From: an uncultured Alphaproteobacteria bacterium
GTDB lineage: Bacteria; Pseudomonadota; Alphaproteobacteria; RF32; CAG-239
Assembly (NCBI GenBank): GCA_944391345.1
Contig: CALXTE010000002.1
Span: 27,220 to 91,219 of the forward strand
Direction: 5' to 3'
Length of the DNA: 64,000 nucleotides
Shown here: positions 17,341-26,110 of the stretch, in pieces
Numbering within the stretch: position 1 is the stretch's first letter
How the letters are laid out: every line of letters starts with the position of its first letter
Program-made: the position numbers and the translations under genes
The notes under the pieces: generated by a model
Seen by the model: the letters and a program-made list of their open reading frames with translations, nothing else
Told to the model about the DNA's origin: nothing
Databases searched by the model: none

Positions 17341-18638
17341 AAAAATACCTCGATAAGAGTGTATATGAAGCAACAAATGAGAGAATAAAATATATATTTG
17401 ATAATTTTGACAATATATATGTTTCTTTTTCCGGTGGTAAAGACAGCGGATTGTTGCTAAATCTGGTATTAGACTATAAGCGCCGCAACAATATCAAAAG
17501 AAAGATAGGCGTTTTTCATCAAGATTTTGAGGCACAATACAAACAAACCACCGAGTTTGTCACCCGCATGTTTGAAAACAATCTGGCTGACATAGATCCT
17601 TATTGGGTCTGCCTGCCGATGGGCTCACGCTGTGCGGTCAGCAACTATCAAATGTATTGGTACACTTGGGATCCGGATGAAAAAGACAAATGGGTCAGAG
17701 AAATGCCCAGCATGCCTTATATTATCAACCTCAATAATAACCCGTTTGATTTTTACAAATACAAAATGGTTCAAGAAGACCTTTATGCCGACTTTGCAGA
17801 CTGGTTTTCTCGCCAACATAAAGGCAAATCAATCTGCCTGCTGGGCATAAGAGCCGACGAGTCGCTCAACCGATTCCGTGCTTATGCCAACGCGCGCAAA
17901 GACTTAATTGATAACAAACAGTGGACCACCAAGATGGGCAAAAACTGGTATAACGCCTACCCGCTTTATGACTGGACCACCAAAGATGTCTGGATCGCCA
18001 ACGGCAAATTCGGATTCGATTATAACAAAATTTATGACTTGTTCTATAAAGCCGGCTTGTCTATTCACCAAATGAGGGTTGCCAGCCCGTTTCATGAGGC
18101 TGCCAAAGAAGGCTTAAACTTATACCGCGTATTAGAGCCTGATACTTGGGTCAGAGTTGTCGGCCGCGTACAAGGCGCAAACTTCGGCGCCATGTATGGT
18201 AACACAAAATTACTCGGCAGCCGCCGCATCACTTTGCCCAAAGGGCATACCTGGAGATCTTACGTCAAATTTTTGCTGGCCACTTTGCCGGATGAAATGA
18301 GAAGAAATTATATTGAAAAGTTCAAAACCTCAATCAAATTCTGGTGGCGCAAAGGCGGCGTTGTCGATGAAAAAGCCATTCAGGAGCTTGAAGCCTGCAA
18401 CTATAACATTCGCCGCAACGGCCCCAGCCCTTATCACAGCGTCAAAGAACAAGTTCGTTTTTTAGGCACACCGGACAGCACCGATGACATCAAGTCAACC
18501 ATTGACATTCCGTCATGGAAGCGCATGGCCGTCTGCATTCTGAAAAATGACCACTTGTGCAAACACATGGGCTTTGCTCAGACCAAAAAACAGTCTGAAA
18601 GAGAAAAAGAATTACTCAACAAATATCGTAACTTATAA
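17337..18638 (+). CDS. ibrA: IbrA-like PAPS-reductase/PP-loop domain protein with DUF3440-like C-terminus
   Basis: PP-loop motif YVSFSGGKDSG. The C-terminal IPSWKRMAVCILKNDHLCKHMGF is typical of DUF3440. The ATG overlaps the upstream stop (ATGA). Confidence 0.75.
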   Translation: MKKYLDKSVYEATNERIKYIFDNFDNIYVSFSGGKDSGLLLNLVLDYKRRNNIKRKIGVFHQDFEAQYKQTTEFVTRMFENNLADIDPYWVCLPMGSRCAVSNYQMYWYTWDPDEKDKWVREMPSMPYIINLNNNPFDFYKYKMVQEDLYADFADWFSRQHKGKSICLLGIRADESLNRFRAYANARKDLIDNKQWTTKMGKNWYNAYPLYDWTTKDVWIANGKFGFDYNKIYDLFYKAGLSIHQMRVASPFHEAAKEGLNLYRVLEPDTWVRVVGRVQGANFGAMYGNTKLLGSRRITLPKGHTWRSYVKFLLATLPDEMRRNYIEKFKTSIKFWWRKGGVVDEKAIQELEACNYNIRRNGPSPYHSVKEQVRFLGTPDSTDDIKSTIDIPSWKRMAVCILKNDHLCKHMGFAQTKKQSEREKELLNKYRNL

Positions 18639-18648
18639 GGCAAACAAG

Positions 18649-19203
18649 ATGACAGAAAAAAAATCCACCACCGCCGACAAAACAACCACCGACAAAAATT
18701 TCGTCAGTCCGGTTTATAATGTTAAGGCCGTCCCGCTTGAGAAAATAAAAGCCAATGACTACAACCCGAACAGAGTAGCCCCGCCGGAGATGAAATTGCT
18801 TGAAACATCCATCTGGGAAGATGGCTTTACCCAGCCGATTGTCTGCTATCATGACAAAGAAAAAGACGAATATATTATCGTTGACGGCTTCCACCGTTAT
18901 ACAACCATGATGATATCCGACCGCATCCGCGAAAGAGAGCACGGCAAAATTCCGGTTGTTGTAATTGATAAAGACTTAGGCGAAAGAATAGCCTCAACGA
19001 TTCGTCACAACCGCGCCCGCGGTAGCCACAATGTTGACCTGATGAGCAACATTGTTAAGGAACTGCTTGAGCTTGAGAAGAGCGACGCTTGGATTGCCCG
19101 CAATATCGGCATGTCTGCGGATGAAATTTTGCGTTTGAAACAAATCACCGGCTTAGCCGCCTTGTTCAAGAACGAAGAATTCTCCCGCAGCTGGGAATTA
19201 TAA
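18649..19203 (+). CDS. ibrB: IbrB-like ParB/Srx N-terminal-domain (ParB-like nuclease) protein
   Basis: KIKANDYNPNRV, PIVCYHDKEKDEYIIVDGFHRY and TIRHNRARGSH are ParB/Srx core motifs. The start is set at the ATG at 18649, 10 nt after the ibrA-like stop. Confidence 0.7.
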   Translation: MTEKKSTTADKTTTDKNFVSPVYNVKAVPLEKIKANDYNPNRVAPPEMKLLETSIWEDGFTQPIVCYHDKEKDEYIIVDGFHRYTTMMISDRIREREHGKIPVVVIDKDLGERIASTIRHNRARGSHNVDLMSNIVKELLELEKSDAWIARNIGMSADEILRLKQITGLAALFKNEEFSRSWEL

Positions 19204-19210
19204 GATATAA

Positions 19211-19240
19211 TCAGAAAGACCTTTTTATAAGGTCTTTCTG
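19211..19240. terminator. bidirectional intrinsic terminator
   Basis: Perfect palindrome CAGAAAGACCTTTTTATAAGGTCTTTCTG between convergent genes. Confidence 0.7.
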
Positions 19241-19241
19241 A

Positions 19242-20234
19242 TTATTTACTAACACACCGACGAGCACTATAATCATAATAATACCCATATTCACAGGCAC
19301 AGCCTTTATATTTCCCATGACAAGAAGAACCCGTTGGCTCCATAAACAGAGAACAACTCTCGATTGTATATCCATCACAGCTTTCCGCATAATTTTCATT
19401 ATATGACTTTATCGGAAATTCCAAAACAGGATAAACATCAAAGACACTTGATTTTGGATAGTTTAGAATAGTTGGACTCGTATTATATCCGTTATCAATA
19501 GAATTTTTACTATAATCATAGAACCAAGCATATTGTTCATTATATTCAGTTGAAGACCATACATTACTGTTTTTAGCCGGCATAACACCAGCAGTCCTAC
19601 TAAAAGCACTATTTATTGCAGCCTGATTACTTACATAAGAATATAAAATTCCTGCTGCAGGTAAACACCAATCACCGGCATTTGTGCCTTCAGTGCTGTA
19701 TTCATGTGCAGCCCACGCTGCAGGGTAAATAGATTTATCTCCATTATCTAATATTTTCTTTGTATTAAGACAACTACTAAAATCTTTTCGAGCATCTTCA
19801 GCATCTAAATTATCTAATACAGCACGATCTTCATTTCCTCCCCAAGAATTCCCCCAAGCATAAGTTCCGATAGATTTTAATGCAAGGGCCTGCCCACCAC
19901 CTGTTTCATCTGCATAAACAACAATACCAATCGGTTCTTTTCCTACCAACATTGATATAGAGCAACTCATATCAGAATACAAAATACTTCCTATAGCACA
20001 GCTCTCTTTTTGTTGCTGTTCAATAGTATTTTTAAGTTCCGTAATCTCTGTTTTTATATCGTTAATACTGCAATTCCATGCTTCACCAAACGGGCATTTT
20101 ATACCATTGGTGCAGCTTGATGAACTGGTATAGCCCATTGCCGTACAGCTCGGGGTGGCGATGCAGGCCGCATTTGCTTGCACAATGCCGCCACAAAGAA
20201 CAAATGCTGTTGTTGTATAGAGTAATGTTTTCAT
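19242..20234 (-). CDS. secreted Cys-rich protein with DUF1566 (Lcl C-terminal)-like domain, copy B1
   Basis: Signal peptide MKTLLYTTTAFVLCGGIVQANA. DUF1566-like motifs are WCLPAAGIL and VWSSTEY...AWFY. The start is at the ATG at 20232-20234, preceded by an AAGGAGAAAG RBS. Confidence 0.65.
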   Translation of the reverse strand: MKTLLYTTTAFVLCGGIVQANAACIATPSCTAMGYTSSSSCTNGIKCPFGEAWNCSINDIKTEITELKNTIEQQQKESCAIGSILYSDMSCSISMLVGKEPIGIVVYADETGGGQALALKSIGTYAWGNSWGGNEDRAVLDNLDAEDARKDFSSCLNTKKILDNGDKSIYPAAWAAHEYSTEGTNAGDWCLPAAGILYSYVSNQAAINSAFSRTAGVMPAKNSNVWSSTEYNEQYAWFYDYSKNSIDNGYNTSPTILNYPKSSVFDVYPVLEFPIKSYNENYAESCDGYTIESCSLFMEPTGSSCHGKYKGCACEYGYYYDYSARRCVSK

Positions 20235-20253
20235 CTTCTTTCTCCTTTGTTTT

Positions 20254-21069
20254 TTACATTGCGCAATAGTCGCAATAATCGGTATAACCGCTTTTGCAGC
20301 CGGTGGCATACCACAAGCCCGAACAATCCTCATATTCGCAATTCATGCCTTGCGGGCAAGTTTCATATTTCCCCTGGTTCGGGCAAGGTTTGCAGTTGTC
20401 ATATTTGGTGGCCGTTCCCGACATACAAGTTGCCGCACCGGCTTCACCGCCCATTGAGCCGCAGTCTTGAAAACCGTCGCAAGGGTTGATTTTGACTTTA
20501 TATTTTGTTTGACCGTCACAATCGAGACAGGCTTCGCCGTCTTGAATATAGCCTTCGGGAATAGTCGTGTTGTCATATCCGGCGCCGCAAGGGGTGCAGG
20601 TGCAAGACGCGTATTTTCCGTCGCAAGGCTCCCCGACGCCGATATGCGGTTCTTCACAAGTGACGTAATCACTCGGGCAAGAAGCCACGCATTCCGAATA
20701 ATACGGACCATACGGACATTTCTTGCCGCCGAGTTCATACCACTCTGGACAAGAAGCATAAATAAAACCTTCATTAAAACAGCGTTCAGCGGGATTAAGA
20801 TCAAAGCTTGGGACATCAACACTTGTTCCGCCGCTAAACAAACTATCGGCACAAGCCGAAGCATCGTTAATAAAACAGACCGCCGCGGTTTTAATCTCAT
20901 CAGAAGAAGGCAAACTTGATGACCAAGCATAAAGGTGTGTGTGAAGTGTGTAGACAAGCTGCTCGTCACTTTTGATAACAGAATTATCAGCTCTCGCGCC
21001 GGTCGGTGAAATTCCTACCGCCAAACATAGCGCCGCGGTTATAACCGCCTTTTGCCGTGAGATAAACAT
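20254..21069 (-). CDS. secreted, extremely Cys-rich protein, copy A1
   Basis: Signal peptide followed by dense CxxC / CPxxY / CxCxPC patterns. It is a close paralogue of the 49611-50513 gene. Confidence 0.65.
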   Translation of the reverse strand: MFISRQKAVITAALCLAVGISPTGARADNSVIKSDEQLVYTLHTHLYAWSSSLPSSDEIKTAAVCFINDASACADSLFSGGTSVDVPSFDLNPAERCFNEGFIYASCPEWYELGGKKCPYGPYYSECVASCPSDYVTCEEPHIGVGEPCDGKYASCTCTPCGAGYDNTTIPEGYIQDGEACLDCDGQTKYKVKINPCDGFQDCGSMGGEAGAATCMSGTATKYDNCKPCPNQGKYETCPQGMNCEYEDCSGLWYATGCKSGYTDYCDYCAM

Positions 21070-21104
21070 AATACTTCTCCTATCTCGTTTGCCTTCACGA
21101 CTCG

Positions 21105-21133
21105 ATTATAGCATAATTTTGTTAAGCTTGCAA
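21105..21133 (-). promoter_or_regulatory. sigma70-type promoter of the A1-B1 cassette
   Basis: TTGCAA-N17-TATAAT on the minus strand. The same architecture and a conserved leader (TCGTGAAGRCAA) occur upstream of A2. Confidence 0.55.
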
Positions 21134-21223
21134 GATGATTTTCAAAATAAAATAGAATTATTGCGAAAAAAAGGCCTCTAGCTTATAAGCTAAAGGCCTT
21201 ATAAATAACTAAAAAAATAAATC

Positions 21224-21748
21224 TTACCATTTTTCCCAATGGACGCGCTCTTCTTTGTGGCGCTCTGGCTGTTTAGGCTCTTCTGCCGGATAACCGAGTA
21301 CAACGATTGAAAAAGGTCTGACATTTTCCGGCAATTCAAAATATTCTTTAATGGCATGAATCGGACCAAGCATCGGCGCTGCACCGCACCAACAAGCCCC
21401 AAGCCCCAAAGCATGAGCTGCAAGCAAAATATTCATTGTCGCAGCCGATCCGTCAATGTCAATATAACTCCAGCCTTCTTTTTCTCTGTGAAAAGCGACA
21501 TCTTCACGGCAACAAACCAAAACCACCGCCGCCGCATTTTCAGCAAACAAAGCCGAACGCTGCAACACTCTGAAATGTTTGAGCTTTTCTTTGTCTTGGA
21601 TAATCAAAAACTCCCACGGCTGAGTATTATGCGCCGACGGAGCAAACTCTCCAGCCTCAACAACTTTTTCTAACAATTCTTTCGGAATAGGTTTATCCTG
21701 AAATTTTCGAACCGAACGTCTGGTTAAAAGACCTTCCATAAGCTCCAT
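21224..21748 (-). CDS. nitroreductase-family protein
   Basis: LLTRRSVRKFQDKPIPKELLEKVVEAGEFAPSAHNTQPWEFLII is the canonical nitroreductase N-terminus. Confidence 0.8.
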   Translation of the reverse strand: MELMEGLLTRRSVRKFQDKPIPKELLEKVVEAGEFAPSAHNTQPWEFLIIQDKEKLKHFRVLQRSALFAENAAAVVLVCCREDVAFHREKEGWSYIDIDGSAATMNILLAAHALGLGACWCGAAPMLGPIHAIKEYFELPENVRPFSIVVLGYPAEEPKQPERHKEERVHWEKW

Positions 21749-21761
21749 AATTTTTCTCCTT

Positions 21762-22367
21762 TTAATTTACAACGCGTTTAAGGGACTCAATACGCGGCAG
21801 TACCGAATTTTCAATCAAAAATGCGATTGCTTTTTCCACCATTTTATCACTATGCTGAACAACCGGCAAAATAGCATCTAAACTGTCGCCGATTTCTAGC
21901 TTTTTGCACAAACTGGCGTAAACACCGGCCAAATCGCTCAAAGAATCAACCAACTCCGCCAGATAAGACGCAAGCTTTAAGTCTTCCTTGCCGCCCCAAA
22001 ATCCTTCTAAAAAACCCGATTCGAGCATATCAAAGCGCAAACGACAAGCAGCGCACAACTCTTCTTTATTTTCAGCCTTTAGTGATGGGAGCTTGACCTG
22101 ATTTTTTGCCACTTGCTCAAACAAAGCGTCCCATAATCCCATAAAAAACTTAAAAAACAGCTCAGCCTCGTTTTTGGTTTCAAGACGCGGCGCCTGCCCT
22201 TTGGGCCAAAAAGATGAAATCACATCAGACGGCCTAAGTTCCAAATTTGGCGAGCAAATAGAGCCGATAAACCGCATTTTAACAACCTCGAGCGGCATGT
22301 CGCAATGATAATGCTGCAACATTTTTACAAAATTATCATCACCGATATATTCATTTTTGCTTTTCAT
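21762..22367 (-). CDS. hypothetical protein (possibly UPF0149/YecA-N-like)
   Basis: The start is set at the internal Met (MKSKNEY). The longer track ORF overlaps the divergent lipoprotein gene. Only weak pattern similarity. Confidence 0.3.
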   Translation of the reverse strand: MKSKNEYIGDDNFVKMLQHYHCDMPLEVVKMRFIGSICSPNLELRPSDVISSFWPKGQAPRLETKNEAELFFKFFMGLWDALFEQVAKNQVKLPSLKAENKEELCAACRLRFDMLESGFLEGFWGGKEDLKLASYLAELVDSLSDLAGVYASLCKKLEIGDSLDAILPVVQHSDKMVEKAIAFLIENSVLPRIESLKRVVN

Positions 22368-22425
22368 TTTAAAAATCTTCATATATAAAGAAACAGATGA
22401 ATATAATTTAGCGGAGATTTTAAAA

Positions 22426-22785
22426 TTGGCAAGAGTAAAAATAACAATAAGCGCCATAATAATGCTTGGATTAAGCGCCTGCAGCATTTTTGACCCCTAT
22501 GTTGACCGACGACGAAACGCCGGCGCACCTCCGCAATATCTTTATGTCGGGCGCTCTTCCCCGACCAATCCGTCAATTTGCTATAACGGCCTGATAACCG
22601 ATGAACAAACCGTCCAGCAGATGGCCGACGACGAATGCAAAAAGTATAAAACCGGAGATCACGCCGAATTTTTGAGCGAGGATATCGTCAGTTGCAAACT
22701 CCTCCTCCCCAATCGAAAAACTTTTACTTGTGTAACAACAACAGAGAATAAAGATGACTCAAACACTGGAACAGAAAATAAATAA
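22426..22785 (+). CDS. small lipoprotein
   Basis: TTG start at 22426 with a GGAG RBS 10 nt upstream. Signal sequence with lipobox IIMLGLSAC. Confidence 0.5.
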   Translation: MARVKITISAIIMLGLSACSIFDPYVDRRRNAGAPPQYLYVGRSSPTNPSICYNGLITDEQTVQQMADDECKKYKTGDHAEFLSEDIVSCKLLLPNRKTFTCVTTTENKDDSNTGTENK

Positions 22786-24541
22786 AAAATTAGAACAAAC
22801 CTTTGAAAAATTAAATCTTAATCCTCAATACGCAACCGTAAAAACATCTGACCGCCCTGACTTAAGCGACTTTCAGTGCAACGGAGCTCTGGCTTTGGCC
22901 AAGTCTGAAAGAAAAAATCCACGAGAAATTGCTTCTCAAATTGCGGCAGAACTTGAACAAGATTCTTCTTTCAGCAAAATCTCGGTTGATGGCCCCGGCT
23001 TTATAAACCTCAGCGTTAGCGACAAACTCTTAAGCGATGTCATGGAAGACATGAGTCAAGACGAGCGCCTTGGTTGCGAAAAAACAAACACCCCAAAAAC
23101 CGTTGTTTTGGACTTTGGCGCCCCGAATGTTGCCAAGGATATGCACGTCGGACACTTGCGCTCTGCAGTTATCGGAGAATCGATCCAAAGATTAGAACGT
23201 TTTATCGGCAATAAGGTAATATCAGACACCCACTTAGGTGACTGGGGCACCCCGATGGGCATGATAATTTCAGAAATCATGCGAGCACACCCTGATTGGC
23301 CGTTTTTTGATGATAAAAAAACAGACGGTTTTCCGGACAGCATTCCTTATACGGTCGAAGATTTAACCGAAATTTATAAGGCAGCCAATGCACGTTGCAA
23401 AGAAGACGAAGCCGCCAGACAACAAGCAAGAATCATCACCGCCAAATTCCAAGACGGCCACCCCGGATATCGTGCTTTGTGGCAGCATTTGCGCCGCATT
23501 TCGGTTGATGCGGTCAAAAAAAACTTTGACGCACTTGATGTCCATTTTGATTTATGGCTGGGAGAAAGCGACGCCCACGAAACTTGCTATAAGATTATGG
23601 AATTAGCCCAAGAAAAAGGCATTTCGGAAAAAGACGACGGCGCCGTAATCATCCGCCTTGGCGAGAGCAACAAGCCCAAACCACCGGTCATTTTACAAAA
23701 GACCGACGGCGGCTTCACTTATCATATTACCGATATCGCCACCATAAAGATGAGAGTTGATGACCTGCATGCCGATGAAATCATTTACTTCACCGACAAA
23801 CGCCAAGCCCTTCACTTTGAACAAGTCTTTGAAGCCGCAGAAAAATTAGGCCTTGTTAATGACGTAAAATTACAACACATCGGTTTTGGCACGGTCAACG
23901 GCCCTGACGGCAAACCTTTCAAAACCCGTGACGGCGGCGTCATGAAGCTTGAAGCCTTAATTGACTTGTCAAAAGAAAAGGTTAAAGAATCTGTTCCGTC
24001 TGCCGAAGATGTTGCAAAAGACTTTGGCTCTGTGGAAGAAGCGCAAAAATATATAGATAATCTGGTTGACGAGATTGCGATTGCCGCCATAAAATTCCAA
24101 GACTTAAAAAACAACACCGCTTCGGGTTATATTTTTGAGGTTGATGATTTTGCAAAATTTGACGGCAAAACAGGGCCATATATTCAATATGCAATCGCGC
24201 GTATTAACTCTATCATGCGCAAAGCCGCTGCCGCAAACATTAAAGAAGGCCCCATCACTATCACAACCAAAGAAGAACGTGACTTAGCCTTAAAATTAGC
24301 ACAACTAAATACCATCATCTGGCGCACGCATAATGATAAAGAACCCAGCATCATTTCAGATTATGCTTATACTTTGGCACAAACTTTCAGCACTTTCTAT
24401 AACGCCGCTTCGATTATGAATGCACAAAGTCCTGAAATTGCCTCATCACGCTTGCGCTTAGCGCGCTTAACCAGAGATGTCTTAAAACTCCTGCTTTATC
24501 TCTTGGGCATCAAAGCCCCCGAGGTCATGCTGAAAAAATAG
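22754..24541 (+). CDS. argS: arginine--tRNA ligase
   Basis: Class I HIGH motif HVGHLRS, the ArgRS-typical N-terminal add-on, and a C-terminal DALR anticodon-binding region. Confidence 0.9.
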   Translation: MTQTLEQKINKKLEQTFEKLNLNPQYATVKTSDRPDLSDFQCNGALALAKSERKNPREIASQIAAELEQDSSFSKISVDGPGFINLSVSDKLLSDVMEDMSQDERLGCEKTNTPKTVVLDFGAPNVAKDMHVGHLRSAVIGESIQRLERFIGNKVISDTHLGDWGTPMGMIISEIMRAHPDWPFFDDKKTDGFPDSIPYTVEDLTEIYKAANARCKEDEAARQQARIITAKFQDGHPGYRALWQHLRRISVDAVKKNFDALDVHFDLWLGESDAHETCYKIMELAQEKGISEKDDGAVIIRLGESNKPKPPVILQKTDGGFTYHITDIATIKMRVDDLHADEIIYFTDKRQALHFEQVFEAAEKLGLVNDVKLQHIGFGTVNGPDGKPFKTRDGGVMKLEALIDLSKEKVKESVPSAEDVAKDFGSVEEAQKYIDNLVDEIAIAAIKFQDLKNNTASGYIFEVDDFAKFDGKTGPYIQYAIARINSIMRKAAAANIKEGPITITTKEERDLALKLAQLNTIIWRTHNDKEPSIISDYAYTLAQTFSTFYNAASIMNAQSPEIASSRLRLARLTRDVLKLLLYLLGIKAPEVMLKK

Positions 24542-24545
24542 CTGC

Positions 24546-24580
24546 AAAAAATCCGCTGAACCAATCAGCGGATTTTTTTT
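24546..24580. terminator. bidirectional intrinsic terminator (argS / fadL)
   Basis: Hairpin ATCCGCTGA-accaa-TCAGCGGAT flanked by an A-run and a T-run. Confidence 0.75.
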
Positions 24581-24592
24581 ACATTATTTAAT

Positions 24593-25843
24593 TTAGAAAC
24601 GATAATTAAAACCTAAACCAAACAGGTGAATATTTCCCTTATATTTGGCAGACAACTCATTACCTTTGTCTTGAAGATTAACTTTATTCTTTTCGGCGCG
24701 AATATAAGAATATCCGGCATTCAGAACTAAGTCATCATTGAGCTTATACTCAAATCCGGTTGAAAACCACAAGCGATCAGAATCAGGAATACGCGGTGTA
24801 CGAGTATAATCATTAACCGGTGTATTATCATAAGCAATACCGAAACGCAGCTTCAACTGGTTATTAACTTTATAAGATGTTCCAACGGAATAGAACCACA
24901 CATTTTTCCAATTTTCATTAGTCGTAGAAGTAAAACCATTGGTACCATTAATCACCAGCTTGTCAAACGATGACCAATAAGTTTTCTGAATTTCGGCCAT
25001 AACCGACCACTTGGTGTTCAAGTCATGATACGCACCAAAGGTCAAAAGTGCCGGCGTTTCAAGCTCAGCGGTAATATCCTGATTAACCAAATTAGCTCCG
25101 GGAATCGGTAGCGACATTTGCTGCCCAAATCTGATTTTACCTTTAAGCTTATGGCTTACTTCGCTGCGATAAGACACCCCAAAACGCGTGCGCGGAGAAT
25201 ATTCATACAAGGCCCCGAGGATATAACCGACATCGGTATCATCGCCCGACATTTTTGAGTTAGTACTCGGCAAACCATAGAAATTATTATGCAACACACC
25301 GTTTTTAAGGGTTGCATCAACATATTGAATAACCACACCGGCACCGAGTGTCAAATTACAGGTAGCACGATAAGCAGCCATTGGGGTAATATCATAAGTC
25401 GTCAAATCAGATAATGTACCATGATTAGCTCCGGCCCAATCGCGAGTATAATCTGTCACAAGGCCAAACGGCGCACTTAAAGACAAACCGACACTCATCC
25501 GAGAATTAAGCGCATGCGTAAAAACCGCCGACGGCAAAACCGACTTGTCCACCACATGGTCCATTTGTCTGGTATAACTTCCTTTTGGGCCATGAGCGTC
25601 ATAACCTTTGGCATCACCGACAATCGCCGTTGCACTGATTGAAGCTTGCGTTCCCATCTGGCGAATAATTCCTGCCGGATTATAAAAAGCATAAGTTCCG
25701 TCTTCCGCACCTGCGGTTGCACCGGCAAAAGCATTTCCCATGCCGGCCACAGATTGTTCACGCAGCAAAAAACCGGCAGAATACGCAGAAGAAGAAGCAA
25801 GTAAAATTGAGGCAAAAGCCGTAAGGGGTAAAAATTTTTTCAT
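24593..25843 (-). CDS. fadL: FadL/OMPP1/TodX-family outer-membrane long-chain fatty acid / hydrophobic compound channel
   Basis: Signal peptide MKKFLPLTAFASILLASSSAYSAGF, the LREQSVAGMGNAFAGATA motif and a terminal aromatic residue (NYRF). The start is set at the internal Met. Confidence 0.8.
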   Translation of the reverse strand: MKKFLPLTAFASILLASSSAYSAGFLLREQSVAGMGNAFAGATAGAEDGTYAFYNPAGIIRQMGTQASISATAIVGDAKGYDAHGPKGSYTRQMDHVVDKSVLPSAVFTHALNSRMSVGLSLSAPFGLVTDYTRDWAGANHGTLSDLTTYDITPMAAYRATCNLTLGAGVVIQYVDATLKNGVLHNNFYGLPSTNSKMSGDDTDVGYILGALYEYSPRTRFGVSYRSEVSHKLKGKIRFGQQMSLPIPGANLVNQDITAELETPALLTFGAYHDLNTKWSVMAEIQKTYWSSFDKLVINGTNGFTSTTNENWKNVWFYSVGTSYKVNNQLKLRFGIAYDNTPVNDYTRTPRIPDSDRLWFSTGFEYKLNDDLVLNAGYSYIRAEKNKVNLQDKGNELSAKYKGNIHLFGLGFNYRF

Positions 25844-26110
25844 AAGATAGTCACTTTTTTTGTTAATACACGAAAAGAAGCCACAAACAAACTCAAGCCG
25901 CCCCACCGGCTGCATGACTTCACAAATAAAATGATTATACAAATTTTTCGAAATAACAAGTAAAAATTATCCCATTGTGGACAATAAGAAAAATCAATAA
26001 ATTTCAATCAGATAGCAACATGAAGACACAACAGTAAAATTTTACTCTTTACAAAAGACAAAAATGCGGCTTTAATTTTTTTAATTTTAGAACTTCGGAG
26101 TTATAGGACT

